Assembly: GCA_943787795.1 (NCBI GenBank) | Contig: CALSNU010000003.1 | Location: forward strand, 192,001-256,000 | Direction: 5' to 3' | Source of the DNA: an uncultured bacterium | Lineage (GTDB): Bacteria > Planctomycetota > UBA1135 > GCA-002686595 | Length of the DNA stretch: 64,000 nt | Shown: in pieces, positions 28,257 to 37,093 of the stretch | Layout of the letters: each line of letters opens with the position of its first letter | How positions within the stretch are numbered: position 1 is the first letter of the stretch | Notes under the pieces: generated by a model | What the model saw: only the letters and a program-made list of their open reading frames with translations | Databases searched by the model: none | What the model was told of the DNA's origin: nothing | Translations under genes and position numbers: made by a program

Positions 28257-28299
28257 GCGGTCAGCGGAGTGGGCTCTGACGGTTCACGTCGGAACGAAA

Positions 28300-28332
28300 G
28301 GAGCCCCCGGGGCACCGTGCCCCGGGGGCTCC
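28300..28332 (-). terminator. Intrinsic terminator hairpin between convergent genes
   Basis: Perfect inverted repeat ggagcccccggggcac-c-gtgccccgggggctcc, followed on the minus strand by tttcgtt. Confidence 0.75.
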
Positions 28333-28372
28333 ACCCGGAGGGCCCATCCAACTTCCCTCACGGGTGGGGGAG

Positions 28373-28822
28373 TCAGCGTCGGTAGCGGTGGCCCACGTGG
28401 GTCACGCGGTGACGGGTGGGGCGGACCTGGACCCGCCGTGCCGGGACCCAGACTCGAATGGTGCGGGTCTTAAAGTGGCCAGGGACGTGACGGTAGGCGT
28501 AGTGACCGGCGCAGACCAGCGCGCGGACACGGCGACCGCAGGGGTCGTGGCGCCACTCGTAGCGGGGCTCGATCCAGACACGCTCTTGCCGGGCCGGGAT
28601 CCAGACCCTCTCGTTGCGCGTCTCGTGGTAGCCCCGGCAGGCGTTCCTGGAGGTGCCGTAGTGGACCCCGTATGACGGGGGCCGGACACTCAGGGTGGGG
28701 CGCTGGCCTCGGGCGCCGGAGGCCGTGAGCGGCTGGGCCACGGCAGGGCCTCCGAGGGCGGCGAGCAGGAGCAGGGCAGGTGCAAGCCTGGGCCATCTGC
28801 GGGCGGTGGGAGCGAGTCGCAT
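28373..28822 (-). CDS. Small exported Arg/His-rich protein with RVW(I/V)P / GH(Y/F) repeats (YXWGXW-like)
   Basis: ATG 28822 preceded by GGAGG; signal peptide ending AVAQ; repeats ERVWIPA, ERVWIEP, IRVWVPA; downstream terminator. Confidence 0.8.
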   Translation of the reverse strand: MRLAPTARRWPRLAPALLLLAALGGPAVAQPLTASGARGQRPTLSVRPPSYGVHYGTSRNACRGYHETRNERVWIPARQERVWIEPRYEWRHDPCGRRVRALVCAGHYAYRHVPGHFKTRTIRVWVPARRVQVRPTRHRVTHVGHRYRR

Positions 28823-29050
28823 CGGAATACCTCCGTGTTCAGGGGCGGCTAGCCAGGGGAGGTCCGTCGGGGGCCCCCTGGGGAATGAGCGCGCGGATAG
28901 CGCGGCATACCACCCCGGAAGCACGGACCGTGCCAGCTCGCCCAAACCGCCCTCATGAGGCCAACAGGGCCGATGCGGGGCCCGTCGAGTCTCTCGTGTC
29001 GTCCTCGCCGTCCCTGGGGGGTGTCCCCCCGGGAGGGCGCCGACGTGACC

Positions 29051-29836
29051 TCAGGAGGACAGCACGAACTGCTTCCTCGTCACGGTGATGCAGCCGATGG
29101 CGAGGAGGATGGCGGCCGTGACCATGAGGCGCTCCGAAGAGGCAGACGCGTCGAGGAACTTGGACGGCTCGAAGATCTCGAGGGAGCGCCAGTTGGCGCC
29201 GTCGTCGCCGACGAAGAGGGAGCGCAGATAGAACTGGAGACTGAGCTTCTGCGCAGACCCCGGGATATTCGCCAGCATCACCTCGAACGCGAACGCGTAC
29301 CCCAGAGCGATCACCTGGCCGCGCTTGAAGATCACGCCGATCACGGCCGCGCCGAGGGAGTAGAGGACCCCGGCCAGCAGCGTCGCGCCGACCAGGCCCT
29401 GGACGGCTTCGGGGGACGGTGGGCTGCTCGCTCGCATGGTGATGGCCGCGACGCCAGCCCCGCTGGCGAGGAGGAGCACGCTCAGGACCAGGAGGCTCGC
29501 CAGCCAGCGGCCAAGGAAGACCGAGGCCCTTGGGATGGGGCGGGTGAACGGATAGGTGATGGTGCGCGCCTCGGTCTCATCGGCGATCGCGCCGATGCCG
29601 AGAAACACGCCGAGAGCGGGCGCCACCACCTGCAGCAGGACGAGGACGCCGAGGTACATGAACACGCGCTCTCCCATGTCGCCGTCTCCGCCGATGTTCA
29701 GGGCGAGGAACGCGAACAGGGGCGGGATGGCCGCGAAGAGGATGCCCGCGAGCGCGCGGCGGGAGACGGCCGTCGCGGCCAGGTGCATCCGGAAGATCAG
29801 CCAGGTCGCCCTGGGGAGCTCGGTGATGAGGTTCAT
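29051..29836 (-). CDS. ABC-2 type transporter permease
   Basis: About 6 TM helices; GAIADETEARTITYPFTRPIPR motif. Confidence 0.88.
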   Translation of the reverse strand: MNLITELPRATWLIFRMHLAATAVSRRALAGILFAAIPPLFAFLALNIGGDGDMGERVFMYLGVLVLLQVVAPALGVFLGIGAIADETEARTITYPFTRPIPRASVFLGRWLASLLVLSVLLLASGAGVAAITMRASSPPSPEAVQGLVGATLLAGVLYSLGAAVIGVIFKRGQVIALGYAFAFEVMLANIPGSAQKLSLQFYLRSLFVGDDGANWRSLEIFEPSKFLDASASSERLMVTAAILLAIGCITVTRKQFVLSS

Positions 29837-29852
29837 GGATCGGGGTGGGTCC

Positions 29853-30776
29853 TCAGCCGACCAGGTAGTCAAAGACGGCCTCAAGGCTGGCGTCGTCGCT
29901 CTTGAAGCCCGAGACGCCAGCTCCTGCGGCGGCCGCCACGCCGGCGAAGGCGCTGTGGAAGGCCGCGATGTCGTCAGTCTCCACCGTCAGGGTGCCGGGG
30001 TCGGCGCCGAGCTTGATGGTGCGGATGTGGTCGAGGGGGAGGAGCGCGGTGGCCAGTCGCCGCGGGTTCCGGGCGACGAGGTCCACCCGGCTCGGGTGGC
30101 GTGAGATGAGCCGCCGGACCTCACGCACGCTGCCCTGTGCCAGGAGGCGTCCGCGGTGGATGAGGACCATCGTCTCCGTCAGGTTCTCGACCTCGTGCAG
30201 GACGTGGCTGGAGATGATGACAGAGCATCCGTCCTCGGCCAGCCCCCGGAAGAGCTCGTTGGTTTGCCTCCGCGCGATGGGGTCGAGTCCAGTCAGCGGC
30301 TCGTCCGCGATCACGAGCTTGGGCCCGTGGGCGATGGCCTGGGCGAGGCGGGTGCGCTGCCGCATCCCCTTGGAGTAGCCGTTGACCTTGCGGTCCATGG
30401 CGTCCTCGAGGCCGACGCGCTCCAGGGCGCGAACGGCGAGGCCGTCGGCCTCGCGTCGCGACCAGCCGCCGAGGCGGAGGAGGTCCCGGACGAACTGTCT
30501 GCCGGTCTGGTGCTCGTAGAGGGCGTCCTGCTGAGGGCAGAAGCCCAGATGGCGATGGAGCGCACGGTTCCCAAAGGGCGTCTCGCCGAGCACCGTCAGG
30601 CGGCCACGGGCCGGGCGAAGCTCGCCGACCATGAGCTTCATGAAGGTCGACTTGCCGGCACCATTGGGGCCGACGAGGCCCGTGATACCCGGCTCGAACT
30701 CCACCGACAGGTCACCGAGCCCGACGACCTCCCCGTACCAGCGGCCGAGGTTCTCAGCGAGGACGATGGCGCTCAT
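29853..30776 (-). CDS. ABC transporter ATP-binding protein
   Basis: GPNGAGKST, YSKGMRQR, IADEPLTGLDP, SSHVL. Confidence 0.95.
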   Translation of the reverse strand: MSAIVLAENLGRWYGEVVGLGDLSVEFEPGITGLVGPNGAGKSTFMKLMVGELRPARGRLTVLGETPFGNRALHRHLGFCPQQDALYEHQTGRQFVRDLLRLGGWSRREADGLAVRALERVGLEDAMDRKVNGYSKGMRQRTRLAQAIAHGPKLVIADEPLTGLDPIARRQTNELFRGLAEDGCSVIISSHVLHEVENLTETMVLIHRGRLLAQGSVREVRRLISRHPSRVDLVARNPRRLATALLPLDHIRTIKLGADPGTLTVETDDIAAFHSAFAGVAAAAGAGVSGFKSDDASLEAVFDYLVG

Positions 30777-31690
30777 GAGCCCACCTCCAGCTTCCGGGTC
30801 TGACGGGCGAGGGTCGCGGCGCTCGCGAGGGTGAGCAGCCCGAGGACCCAGAGGGACGACTCGAGGTTCCAGCCGATCCCGGGGGAGGTCTGCCCGAGGA
30901 GGCTGTCAAAGACTCGCTTGAAGTTGTTGGGGATCGAGAGCAGGCGCCAGCCCTGGCCGCTCATCAGCTCCGCCATGGCGTTGGAGCCGGCGAGCGTGAG
31001 GAAGTAAAAGATGAACAGCCCCCCCAGGGCGCGGTTGCGTCGGTCCGTGAGGGAGGAGATGGCCAGCACGAGGATCCCGTGGAAGAAGACCCAGAGCACG
31101 GCGTACAACTCGAGCTTGAGGATCGTGTCCCATCGCTCGGTGAGGAAGGACCATTCCGGGGAGGCCAGGCTGGCCACCGAGCAGACGATGGTGACCGGAG
31201 CCACGACCGCCCACGCCCCCCAGAACATCACCGTCATCAGCTTGCCCGCGGTGTAGGTGTAGCGTGACAAGGGGCGGGCGAAATAGAGGAGGTTCGCTCT
31301 CAGCTTGCGGTCCTCGGCGATCAGCCCGGACCCGTACCAGCCCATGCTCAGTACCACGAAGAACTGCATGTTCGTGATCAGATCAAAGATCAGGCTCTCG
31401 ACCTGACCGATCTGACTCGAGAGCAGGGCGCCCATGGCCATGGTCTGGGCCGAAGGCTCCATGCCGGCCATGCCGGAGATGGTCCCCGCCTCCGCCTCGA
31501 ACTTGAGCTGGACCATGAAGCTCGTGACGATCGTGAAGATCCCCGGGATGAGGAACAGCAGGAGCATCGGCAGCTTCTTCTTGAAGCCGACGCGGATGCC
31601 CGACCACGCCAGCGTGACCGAGCGCAGGGGCCGCTCTCTGAGCTCGCCGTCGAAGCGACGATAGACCTCGGTGTGGGTGGTGGCCTTCAT
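30773..31690 (-). CDS. ABC-2 type transporter permease
   Basis: TM helices; GSGLIAEDRKLRANLLYFARPLSR motif; overlaps both neighbours. Confidence 0.88.
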   Translation of the reverse strand: MKATTHTEVYRRFDGELRERPLRSVTLAWSGIRVGFKKKLPMLLLFLIPGIFTIVTSFMVQLKFEAEAGTISGMAGMEPSAQTMAMGALLSSQIGQVESLIFDLITNMQFFVVLSMGWYGSGLIAEDRKLRANLLYFARPLSRYTYTAGKLMTVMFWGAWAVVAPVTIVCSVASLASPEWSFLTERWDTILKLELYAVLWVFFHGILVLAISSLTDRRNRALGGLFIFYFLTLAGSNAMAELMSGQGWRLLSIPNNFKRVFDSLLGQTSPGIGWNLESSLWVLGLLTLASAATLARQTRKLEVGS

Positions 31691-32706
31691 ACGCTCGCGG
31701 TCTCCGTCTTCTTTTCGCTGTCGTCCACGGCCTTGAGGAAGACCTCCTCGAGGGTCGACCGGACGGGGTCAATAGAGGAGAGGTCGACCTGTTCTCGGGC
31801 AGCGATGCCGCAGATCTCATCGGCGTCCTCCACGCTCTGGGGCAGCGTGATGATGAGCGCCCCGCTCTCGTCGGTGGAGACGTCGTAGGAGGCTGCCTCG
31901 AGGGCTGTCAGGAGGCGGCTGGCGTTTCCTTCGGTTCCGACCCGCAGGCGCCTGGACTCCGCGGCGGTGAGCTCCGCGATGGAGCCCTGGAGGATGGCCT
32001 GGCCCTTGACCAGCACGACGACGTTGTCGCAGGTCCGCTCCACGTCCGGGAGGAGGTGAGAGCAAAGGAGCACGTTCTTGTTCTGGTTTCTCCCGAGGTC
32101 CTCCACGAGCGAGAGCATGTGCCGGCGCCCTGCGGGGTCGAGGCCGTTGGTGGGCTCATCGAGGAGCAGGAACTCGGGGTCGTGGACGAGGGCCTGGGCG
32201 AGCTTGAGTCGCTGCTTCATGCCGGTGGAGTAGCCGTCGAGGGTTCGATAGCGGGCCTCGTCCAGCTCCACGTAGTCCAGGACCTCATGGGATCGGGTGA
32301 TCGCGTCTTGACGGCTGAGGCCGGTCAGCTTGGCCAGGGCCGACACGATCTCCACGGCGGTCATGCCGGGGAGGAGGCAGTCGCTCTCGGGCATGTAGCC
32401 GACGCGCTTGCGGATCTCGATGCGGGCCGAGCGGTTGGTGGGCTGGAGGCCGGCCACGATGGCGGTGCCCTCTGTGGGCTCCAGAAGCCCCAGGAGCAGT
32501 CCGATCAAGGTCGTCTTGCCCGCGCCGTTTGGCCCCAGCAGTCCCACGGGCCCGGGGGGCAGCTCCATGTCGAGACCGCGCAGGGCGTGGACGTTCCCGA
32601 AGGACTTGCGGAGCCCTTGCAGTCGGACGATGGGCTCCGGCTCACCGGCGACCTCTGTAGTGGACGCGGAGCCAGGTGTTCCGTCAGGGGCGTTGGGGGT
32701 CATCAA
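31687..32706 (-). CDS. ABC transporter ATP-binding protein
   Basis: GPNGAGKTT, YSTGMKQR, LLDEPTNGLDP, CSHLL. Confidence 0.95.
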   Translation of the reverse strand: MMTPNAPDGTPGSASTTEVAGEPEPIVRLQGLRKSFGNVHALRGLDMELPPGPVGLLGPNGAGKTTLIGLLLGLLEPTEGTAIVAGLQPTNRSARIEIRKRVGYMPESDCLLPGMTAVEIVSALAKLTGLSRQDAITRSHEVLDYVELDEARYRTLDGYSTGMKQRLKLAQALVHDPEFLLLDEPTNGLDPAGRRHMLSLVEDLGRNQNKNVLLCSHLLPDVERTCDNVVVLVKGQAILQGSIAELTAAESRRLRVGTEGNASRLLTALEAASYDVSTDESGALIITLPQSVEDADEICGIAAREQVDLSSIDPVRSTLEEVFLKAVDDSEKKTETASV

Positions 32707-32925
32707 GCTCGTGCAGGTGGGGGACGCGGGCGCGTCCTGTGGCGGGCCAGCGCTACGGCCGCGTCAGGAGTACGGAGGGTAGCAGGCAAACATCTCCAAA
32801 TTGCCGGACAAAGATCGAGTGGCGACCGGTCTGCTCCCCGGGGCGGGAGCGTGGCGCCGGGGGGAGCCGAGCCCTAGGATGGTGCGGGCGGGCCCACCCG
32901 GCCTGCCGCTTCCCCGTTTGACCCA

Positions 32926-32981
32926 GCGCCCCCAGCCCGGCGCCCCCAGCCAGGCGCCCCCAGCCAGGCGCCCCCAGCCCG
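32926..32981. repeat. 14-bp tandem repeat (gcgcccccagcc[c/a]g x4) in a divergent promoter region
   Basis: Units at 32926, 32940, 32954 and 32968; ends 30 bp before the Fe-S subunit start. Confidence 0.9.
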
Positions 32982-33010
32982 GCCGTGCTTCCCGCGAGAG
33001 GGATCGATCG

Positions 33011-33661
33011 ATGAGAGAAATGGACCCGTCGTCTGGTGAGCCTTCCGCGATCAGCAGGAGGTCCTTTCTCAAGGGCGCCACACAGGTCGCCGCGGCCGGG
33101 GGAATCATCCAGGCCACCGCGGCAGGTGCGCCGGCCGAGGTCGTCGACCCCGAGGTGGAGACCCTGAGCGGTACGTCGTCCCTGGAGTTGCTCGTGAACG
33201 GGAAGGCCCGCTCGGTGGAGGTGCAGCCTCGCACGACCCTCCTTCACGCCCTCCGGACGCACATGGACCCGCCCCTAACGGGGACCAAGGAGGTCTGCGG
33301 GACGGGCTCCTGTGGGGCCTGCACCGTCCTGATCGACGGCCAGCCGGCGTATTCGTGCCTGTCGCTGGCGGTGACCTGCGCCGGACGTCCGGTCACGACC
33401 GTGGAGGGCTTTGGGAGCGCGGACGCGATGTCGGACGTGCAGCAGGCCTTCTGCGACAAGGACGGGATGATGTGCGGCTTCTGCACCCCCGGCTTCGTGG
33501 TCGCCACCCACGCGGCGCTCGACCGCTCCCCCAAGGCGAGCCTGGACGAGTTGAAGTACGAGCTCTCCGGCAACTTCTGCCGGTGCGGCACCTACCCGCA
33601 CGTGTTCGACGCCGCCGCGGCCGTCCAGGAGGACCGGGCGCGCGGGGAGGAGGGTCGATGA
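33011..33661 (+). CDS. Tat-exported 2x[2Fe-2S] subunit of a PaoABC/xanthine dehydrogenase-family enzyme
   Basis: Twin-arginine SRRSFLKG; CGTGSCGAC..C and MCGFC..CRC ligand sets. Confidence 0.93.
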   Translation: MREMDPSSGEPSAISRRSFLKGATQVAAAGGIIQATAAGAPAEVVDPEVETLSGTSSLELLVNGKARSVEVQPRTTLLHALRTHMDPPLTGTKEVCGTGSCGACTVLIDGQPAYSCLSLAVTCAGRPVTTVEGFGSADAMSDVQQAFCDKDGMMCGFCTPGFVVATHAALDRSPKASLDELKYELSGNFCRCGTYPHVFDAAAAVQEDRARGEEGR

Positions 33662-35838
33662 GCAGCTCGAGCCGCGGGGCCCAGGCCTCGGAGCCCTCCT
33701 GGGGCAAGCGCAGTGACCTCGACGTCCTCAACCGCGACATCCCGCGGGTGGACGGGCCGGTGAAGGCCACCGGCGAGGCGATCTACACCCACGACGTGCG
33801 GCTTCCGGGGATGCTCTGGGCTCGCGTGCTGGTTCACCCCGTTCCGCGCGCAGAGATCGAGTCCATTGACCTCGAGGTGGCCAGCGAGATGCCTGGGGTG
33901 GTCTACGTCGAGGCGCTCAAGGAGCCAGGCGACGCCGTGCGCTATCTCGGCGATGACGCCGTCCTCGCGGTTGTCGCGGCCGAGACGCCGGACCAGGCGG
34001 CGGACGCTCTGCGGGCGATCAAGGTCAAGGCGAGGCGGCTGGCGCCTGTGGTCACGCCGGCGCAGGCGCTCGAGGATGGCGCGCCGGTGGTGAGCCGCCG
34101 ACGCGACGCGGACTCCAACGTGGGGCGGGCGAATGAGCGTGGCGATGAGGCCGTCGCCGACGCCGCGCTGGCCGGCGCCGTGGCGGTGGTGGAGCGGACC
34201 TTCGAGATCCCCATTCAGCACCACGTCTGCCTGGAGACCCACGGCCACGTGGTGCAGCCAGCGCCGGATGATGAGCAGGTCACGGTCTATGCCTCCACCC
34301 AGTCTGTGGGGGGCACCCCTCGAGGGCTGGCCCGCACGCTGGGTCGGGACGCGTCCAAGATCCGCGTCTTGACCCCGCACATGGGCGGGGGATTCGGGTC
34401 CAAGTTCGGTCCTGGCCTCGAGGGCGCCATGGCGGCGCGGGTGGCCGACCAGACCGGTCGCCCCGTTCACCTGATGCTGACCCGCTCCGATGAGTTCGCG
34501 ATCGCAGGCAACCGTTCCGGGTCGCGGCAGACCCTCAAGGTCGGCGCCAGAAGCGATGGGCGCCTGGTCGGCCTGAAGCTGGACGCCGACAAGCACGGCG
34601 GCGTCTCCGGCGGTTCACTCCCCGGTCCGCCCTACATCTACACCGTGGCCGATGACTCCGCGGTGGCCAGCCGCATCCGTTCGGTGTTCACGGCGACGGA
34701 CGGGAGCCGCGCCATGCGCGCACCGGGTCATCCCCAGGCCTCCTTTGCCATGGAGGCTGCCGTGGACGAGCTGGCGTACCTGCTCGGGATTGATCTGGTC
34801 GAGATGCGGATCCGCAACCTCGACTCCGAGGTGCACCACCGCCAGCTGCGCCGCGTCGCCGAGGAGATCGGTTGGGGCGAACACCCGCACCGGGATCGGC
34901 CGGGGCGTGCCGAGAACGGGCGCGCGGTGGGGATCGGCTTCGGCGTCTCCGTATGGGGGCCCGGCGGCCGCTCTTCCCGCTGTGACGTCACGATCCGACC
35001 GGACGGTTCGGTGGTCTCTGCCACCGCGACCCAGGACCTCGGCACCGGCGCGCGGACCTACGTCGCCGCGATCGTGGCGGAGGAGCTGGGTCTGGCGGTC
35101 AACATGATCGAGGCGCGCATCGGGGACAGCGACCTGCCGCCGAGCGTGACGTCCGGCGGGAGCGTCACGACGGGGAGCTCCGCGCCGGCGATCAAGGACG
35201 CCGCGCATAAGGCCCGGGAGGGGCTGGAGGCGCTCCTCGTGGACGTCCTCGAGGCGCCCGTTGGGTCGTATGTCTGGAGGAACGGACAGGTCTCCGTTCG
35301 CGGCGACTCGACCCGCTCCTTGCCCTGGATCGCGGTCTGCGCGCTGCTCCGGGAGCCGCTCCTTGCGCAGGGGGAGTTCCGCGACTTCCTCCACGAGGGC
35401 CGGATCCATGGCGCCCAGGCGGCGAAGGTCGAGGTCGACACGCTGACCGGCCGGGTCAAGGTCCTCAAGATGGTGGCCTGCCAGGATCAGGGGCTCCCCC
35501 TCAACCGGCTCGCGCTCCGCAGCCAGATCAACGGCGGCATGGTCCAGGCTCTCTCATACGGGATGCTGGAGCAGCGCGTGTTCGACGAGCAGGACGGGTT
35601 CCTCCTCTCGGATAATCTCGACCTCTACAAGATCGCAGGGGCCCAGGAGATGCCCGAGATGGTGGCGCTTATCGACGACGAGGATGAGCGTCCGAGCGTC
35701 TGTGGCATGGCCGAGGCGCCGGTCATCCCCGGACACAGCGCCATCGCGGGCGCGATTCACAACGCCTGTGGCGCGCGGCTCACCCGCATGCCCTTCACCG
35801 CGGACAACGTGCTGGAGACCCTCTACGGGAAGATCTGA
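33658..35838 (+). CDS. Molybdopterin-binding subunit (PaoC/YagR-like)
   Basis: RVDGPVKATG, MGGGFGSK, MRAPGHPQ, QDLGTG, SGGS, QINGG, GMAE (catalytic Glu position); ATGA overlap. Confidence 0.93.
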   Translation: MSSSSRGAQASEPSWGKRSDLDVLNRDIPRVDGPVKATGEAIYTHDVRLPGMLWARVLVHPVPRAEIESIDLEVASEMPGVVYVEALKEPGDAVRYLGDDAVLAVVAAETPDQAADALRAIKVKARRLAPVVTPAQALEDGAPVVSRRRDADSNVGRANERGDEAVADAALAGAVAVVERTFEIPIQHHVCLETHGHVVQPAPDDEQVTVYASTQSVGGTPRGLARTLGRDASKIRVLTPHMGGGFGSKFGPGLEGAMAARVADQTGRPVHLMLTRSDEFAIAGNRSGSRQTLKVGARSDGRLVGLKLDADKHGGVSGGSLPGPPYIYTVADDSAVASRIRSVFTATDGSRAMRAPGHPQASFAMEAAVDELAYLLGIDLVEMRIRNLDSEVHHRQLRRVAEEIGWGEHPHRDRPGRAENGRAVGIGFGVSVWGPGGRSSRCDVTIRPDGSVVSATATQDLGTGARTYVAAIVAEELGLAVNMIEARIGDSDLPPSVTSGGSVTTGSSAPAIKDAAHKAREGLEALLVDVLEAPVGSYVWRNGQVSVRGDSTRSLPWIAVCALLREPLLAQGEFRDFLHEGRIHGAQAAKVEVDTLTGRVKVLKMVACQDQGLPLNRLALRSQINGGMVQALSYGMLEQRVFDEQDGFLLSDNLDLYKIAGAQEMPEMVALIDDEDERPSVCGMAEAPVIPGHSAIAGAIHNACGARLTRMPFTADNVLETLYGKI

Positions 35839-36821
35839 TGAAGGACTTCGACCTCAAGTTACCGGACACCCTCGAGGCCGCGGTGGGGGAGCTCCCCGCC
35901 GAGTACAGCCGCGACGGGGCCCAGGTCCTCGCCGGGGGCCAGGACATCGTGACGGTGATGAAGGACGACATCGAGCAGCCTGCGGCGCTCGTGAGCCTGC
36001 AGCGTCTCGGCCTCGATGGGATGCAGTGGGACGAGCGCGGCGGCCTGACGATCGGCGCCACGGTGACGATCCAGACCCTGGCCGAGGAGGCGAGCATCGA
36101 GCGAGGCCTGCCGGCCCTGCGCGAGGCGGCGCGCTCCGTGGGGAGCCCCCAGATCCGGAGCCAGGGGACCCTGGGGGGCAACCTGAACCAGCGCCCGCGA
36201 TGCCCGTACTACCGCCACCCGTCGGTGAGCTGCTTCAAGAAGGGCGGCTCGGTGTGCCTCGCGGAGTTCGGCTTCAACAAGTACGCCGCCATCTTCGGGG
36301 GAGGCCCGTCCTACTACAGCCACCCCTCCGACCTGGCGACCGTGCTCGTGATGCTCGGCGCCACGGCCACCATCGCCGGCCCTGGAGGAGAGCGGCAGGT
36401 CCCCCTGGCGGAGCTCTATGTCCTGCCGGACCAGGCGCTGGATACGGAGACGGTGCTCCGACCGGATGAGATCCTGACCTCGGTCTCGATCCCGGCGCCG
36501 GCGGCGGACGCGCGCTCCTCCTACCTGAAGTACAAGGAGCGCGCCTCGTACGACTTCGCCCTGGCGGCGGTGGCGGTCTCCGTGAACCGCGGCGATGACG
36601 GCGTCGTCACCGACGCCCGCGTGGTCCTCGGCGGCGTCGCGCCCAAGCCGTGGGAGGTTCCCGCGGCTGCCGCGGCGCTGGTCGGTAAGGCCATGGCGCC
36701 AGAGGCCTGGACCGCGGCCGGTGAGGCTGCGGTGGCCGACGCGGACCCCCTAGAGCACAACGGCTACAAGGTGCACCTCGTGAAGGGGCTGCTCTTTCGG
36801 GCCCTCGAGGCCCTGGTCTGA
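35838..36821 (+). CDS. FAD-binding subunit (PaoB/YagS-like) with a Cys-rich Fe-S insertion
   Basis: LAGGQD, SPQIRSQGTLGGNL, RCPYYR..SCFKKGGSVC, HPSD, RASYDFAL, NGYKV. Confidence 0.93.
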   Translation: MKDFDLKLPDTLEAAVGELPAEYSRDGAQVLAGGQDIVTVMKDDIEQPAALVSLQRLGLDGMQWDERGGLTIGATVTIQTLAEEASIERGLPALREAARSVGSPQIRSQGTLGGNLNQRPRCPYYRHPSVSCFKKGGSVCLAEFGFNKYAAIFGGGPSYYSHPSDLATVLVMLGATATIAGPGGERQVPLAELYVLPDQALDTETVLRPDEILTSVSIPAPAADARSSYLKYKERASYDFALAAVAVSVNRGDDGVVTDARVVLGGVAPKPWEVPAAAAALVGKAMAPEAWTAAGEAAVADADPLEHNGYKVHLVKGLLFRALEALV

Positions 36822-36853
36822 TCGATCCGTTGACCACCTCCTGAATCCACACC

Positions 36854-37087
36854 ATGAGCGATCCCCGGACACCGGCCGTGAGCCCCTTCTGCGTGCACCT
36901 CGCGAGCAAGAAGATGATGATCTCCGAGCGCCCGCCGCTTCAGGACAGCGATGTGCTGGACTCGAGCCAGCACTGCTGGTGTGAGCGGTCCCACATGCTC
37001 ATCGGGCCCGACGGCGACGCCGCCCACCCCGAGGACTGCCGCAAGGGGCGTGACTGCTTCGAGTCCCCGCTGGCAGACCTCCTCTGA
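36854..37087 (+). CDS. Small Cys/His-rich hypothetical protein (77 aa)
   Basis: Strong coding bias; co-oriented, 32 bp after the FAD subunit; motif CxHLxSKK...HCWC..H..GPDG..H...C...RxCF. Confidence 0.75.
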   Translation: MSDPRTPAVSPFCVHLASKKMMISERPPLQDSDVLDSSQHCWCERSHMLIGPDGDAAHPEDCRKGRDCFESPLADLL

Positions 37088-37093
37088 TCTCCA

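Noticed and set aside
29051..32706. Two-ATPase/two-permease ABC cluster as a novel system
   Set aside because: A common ABC-2 exporter arrangement with canonical motifs and no associated cargo gene visible.
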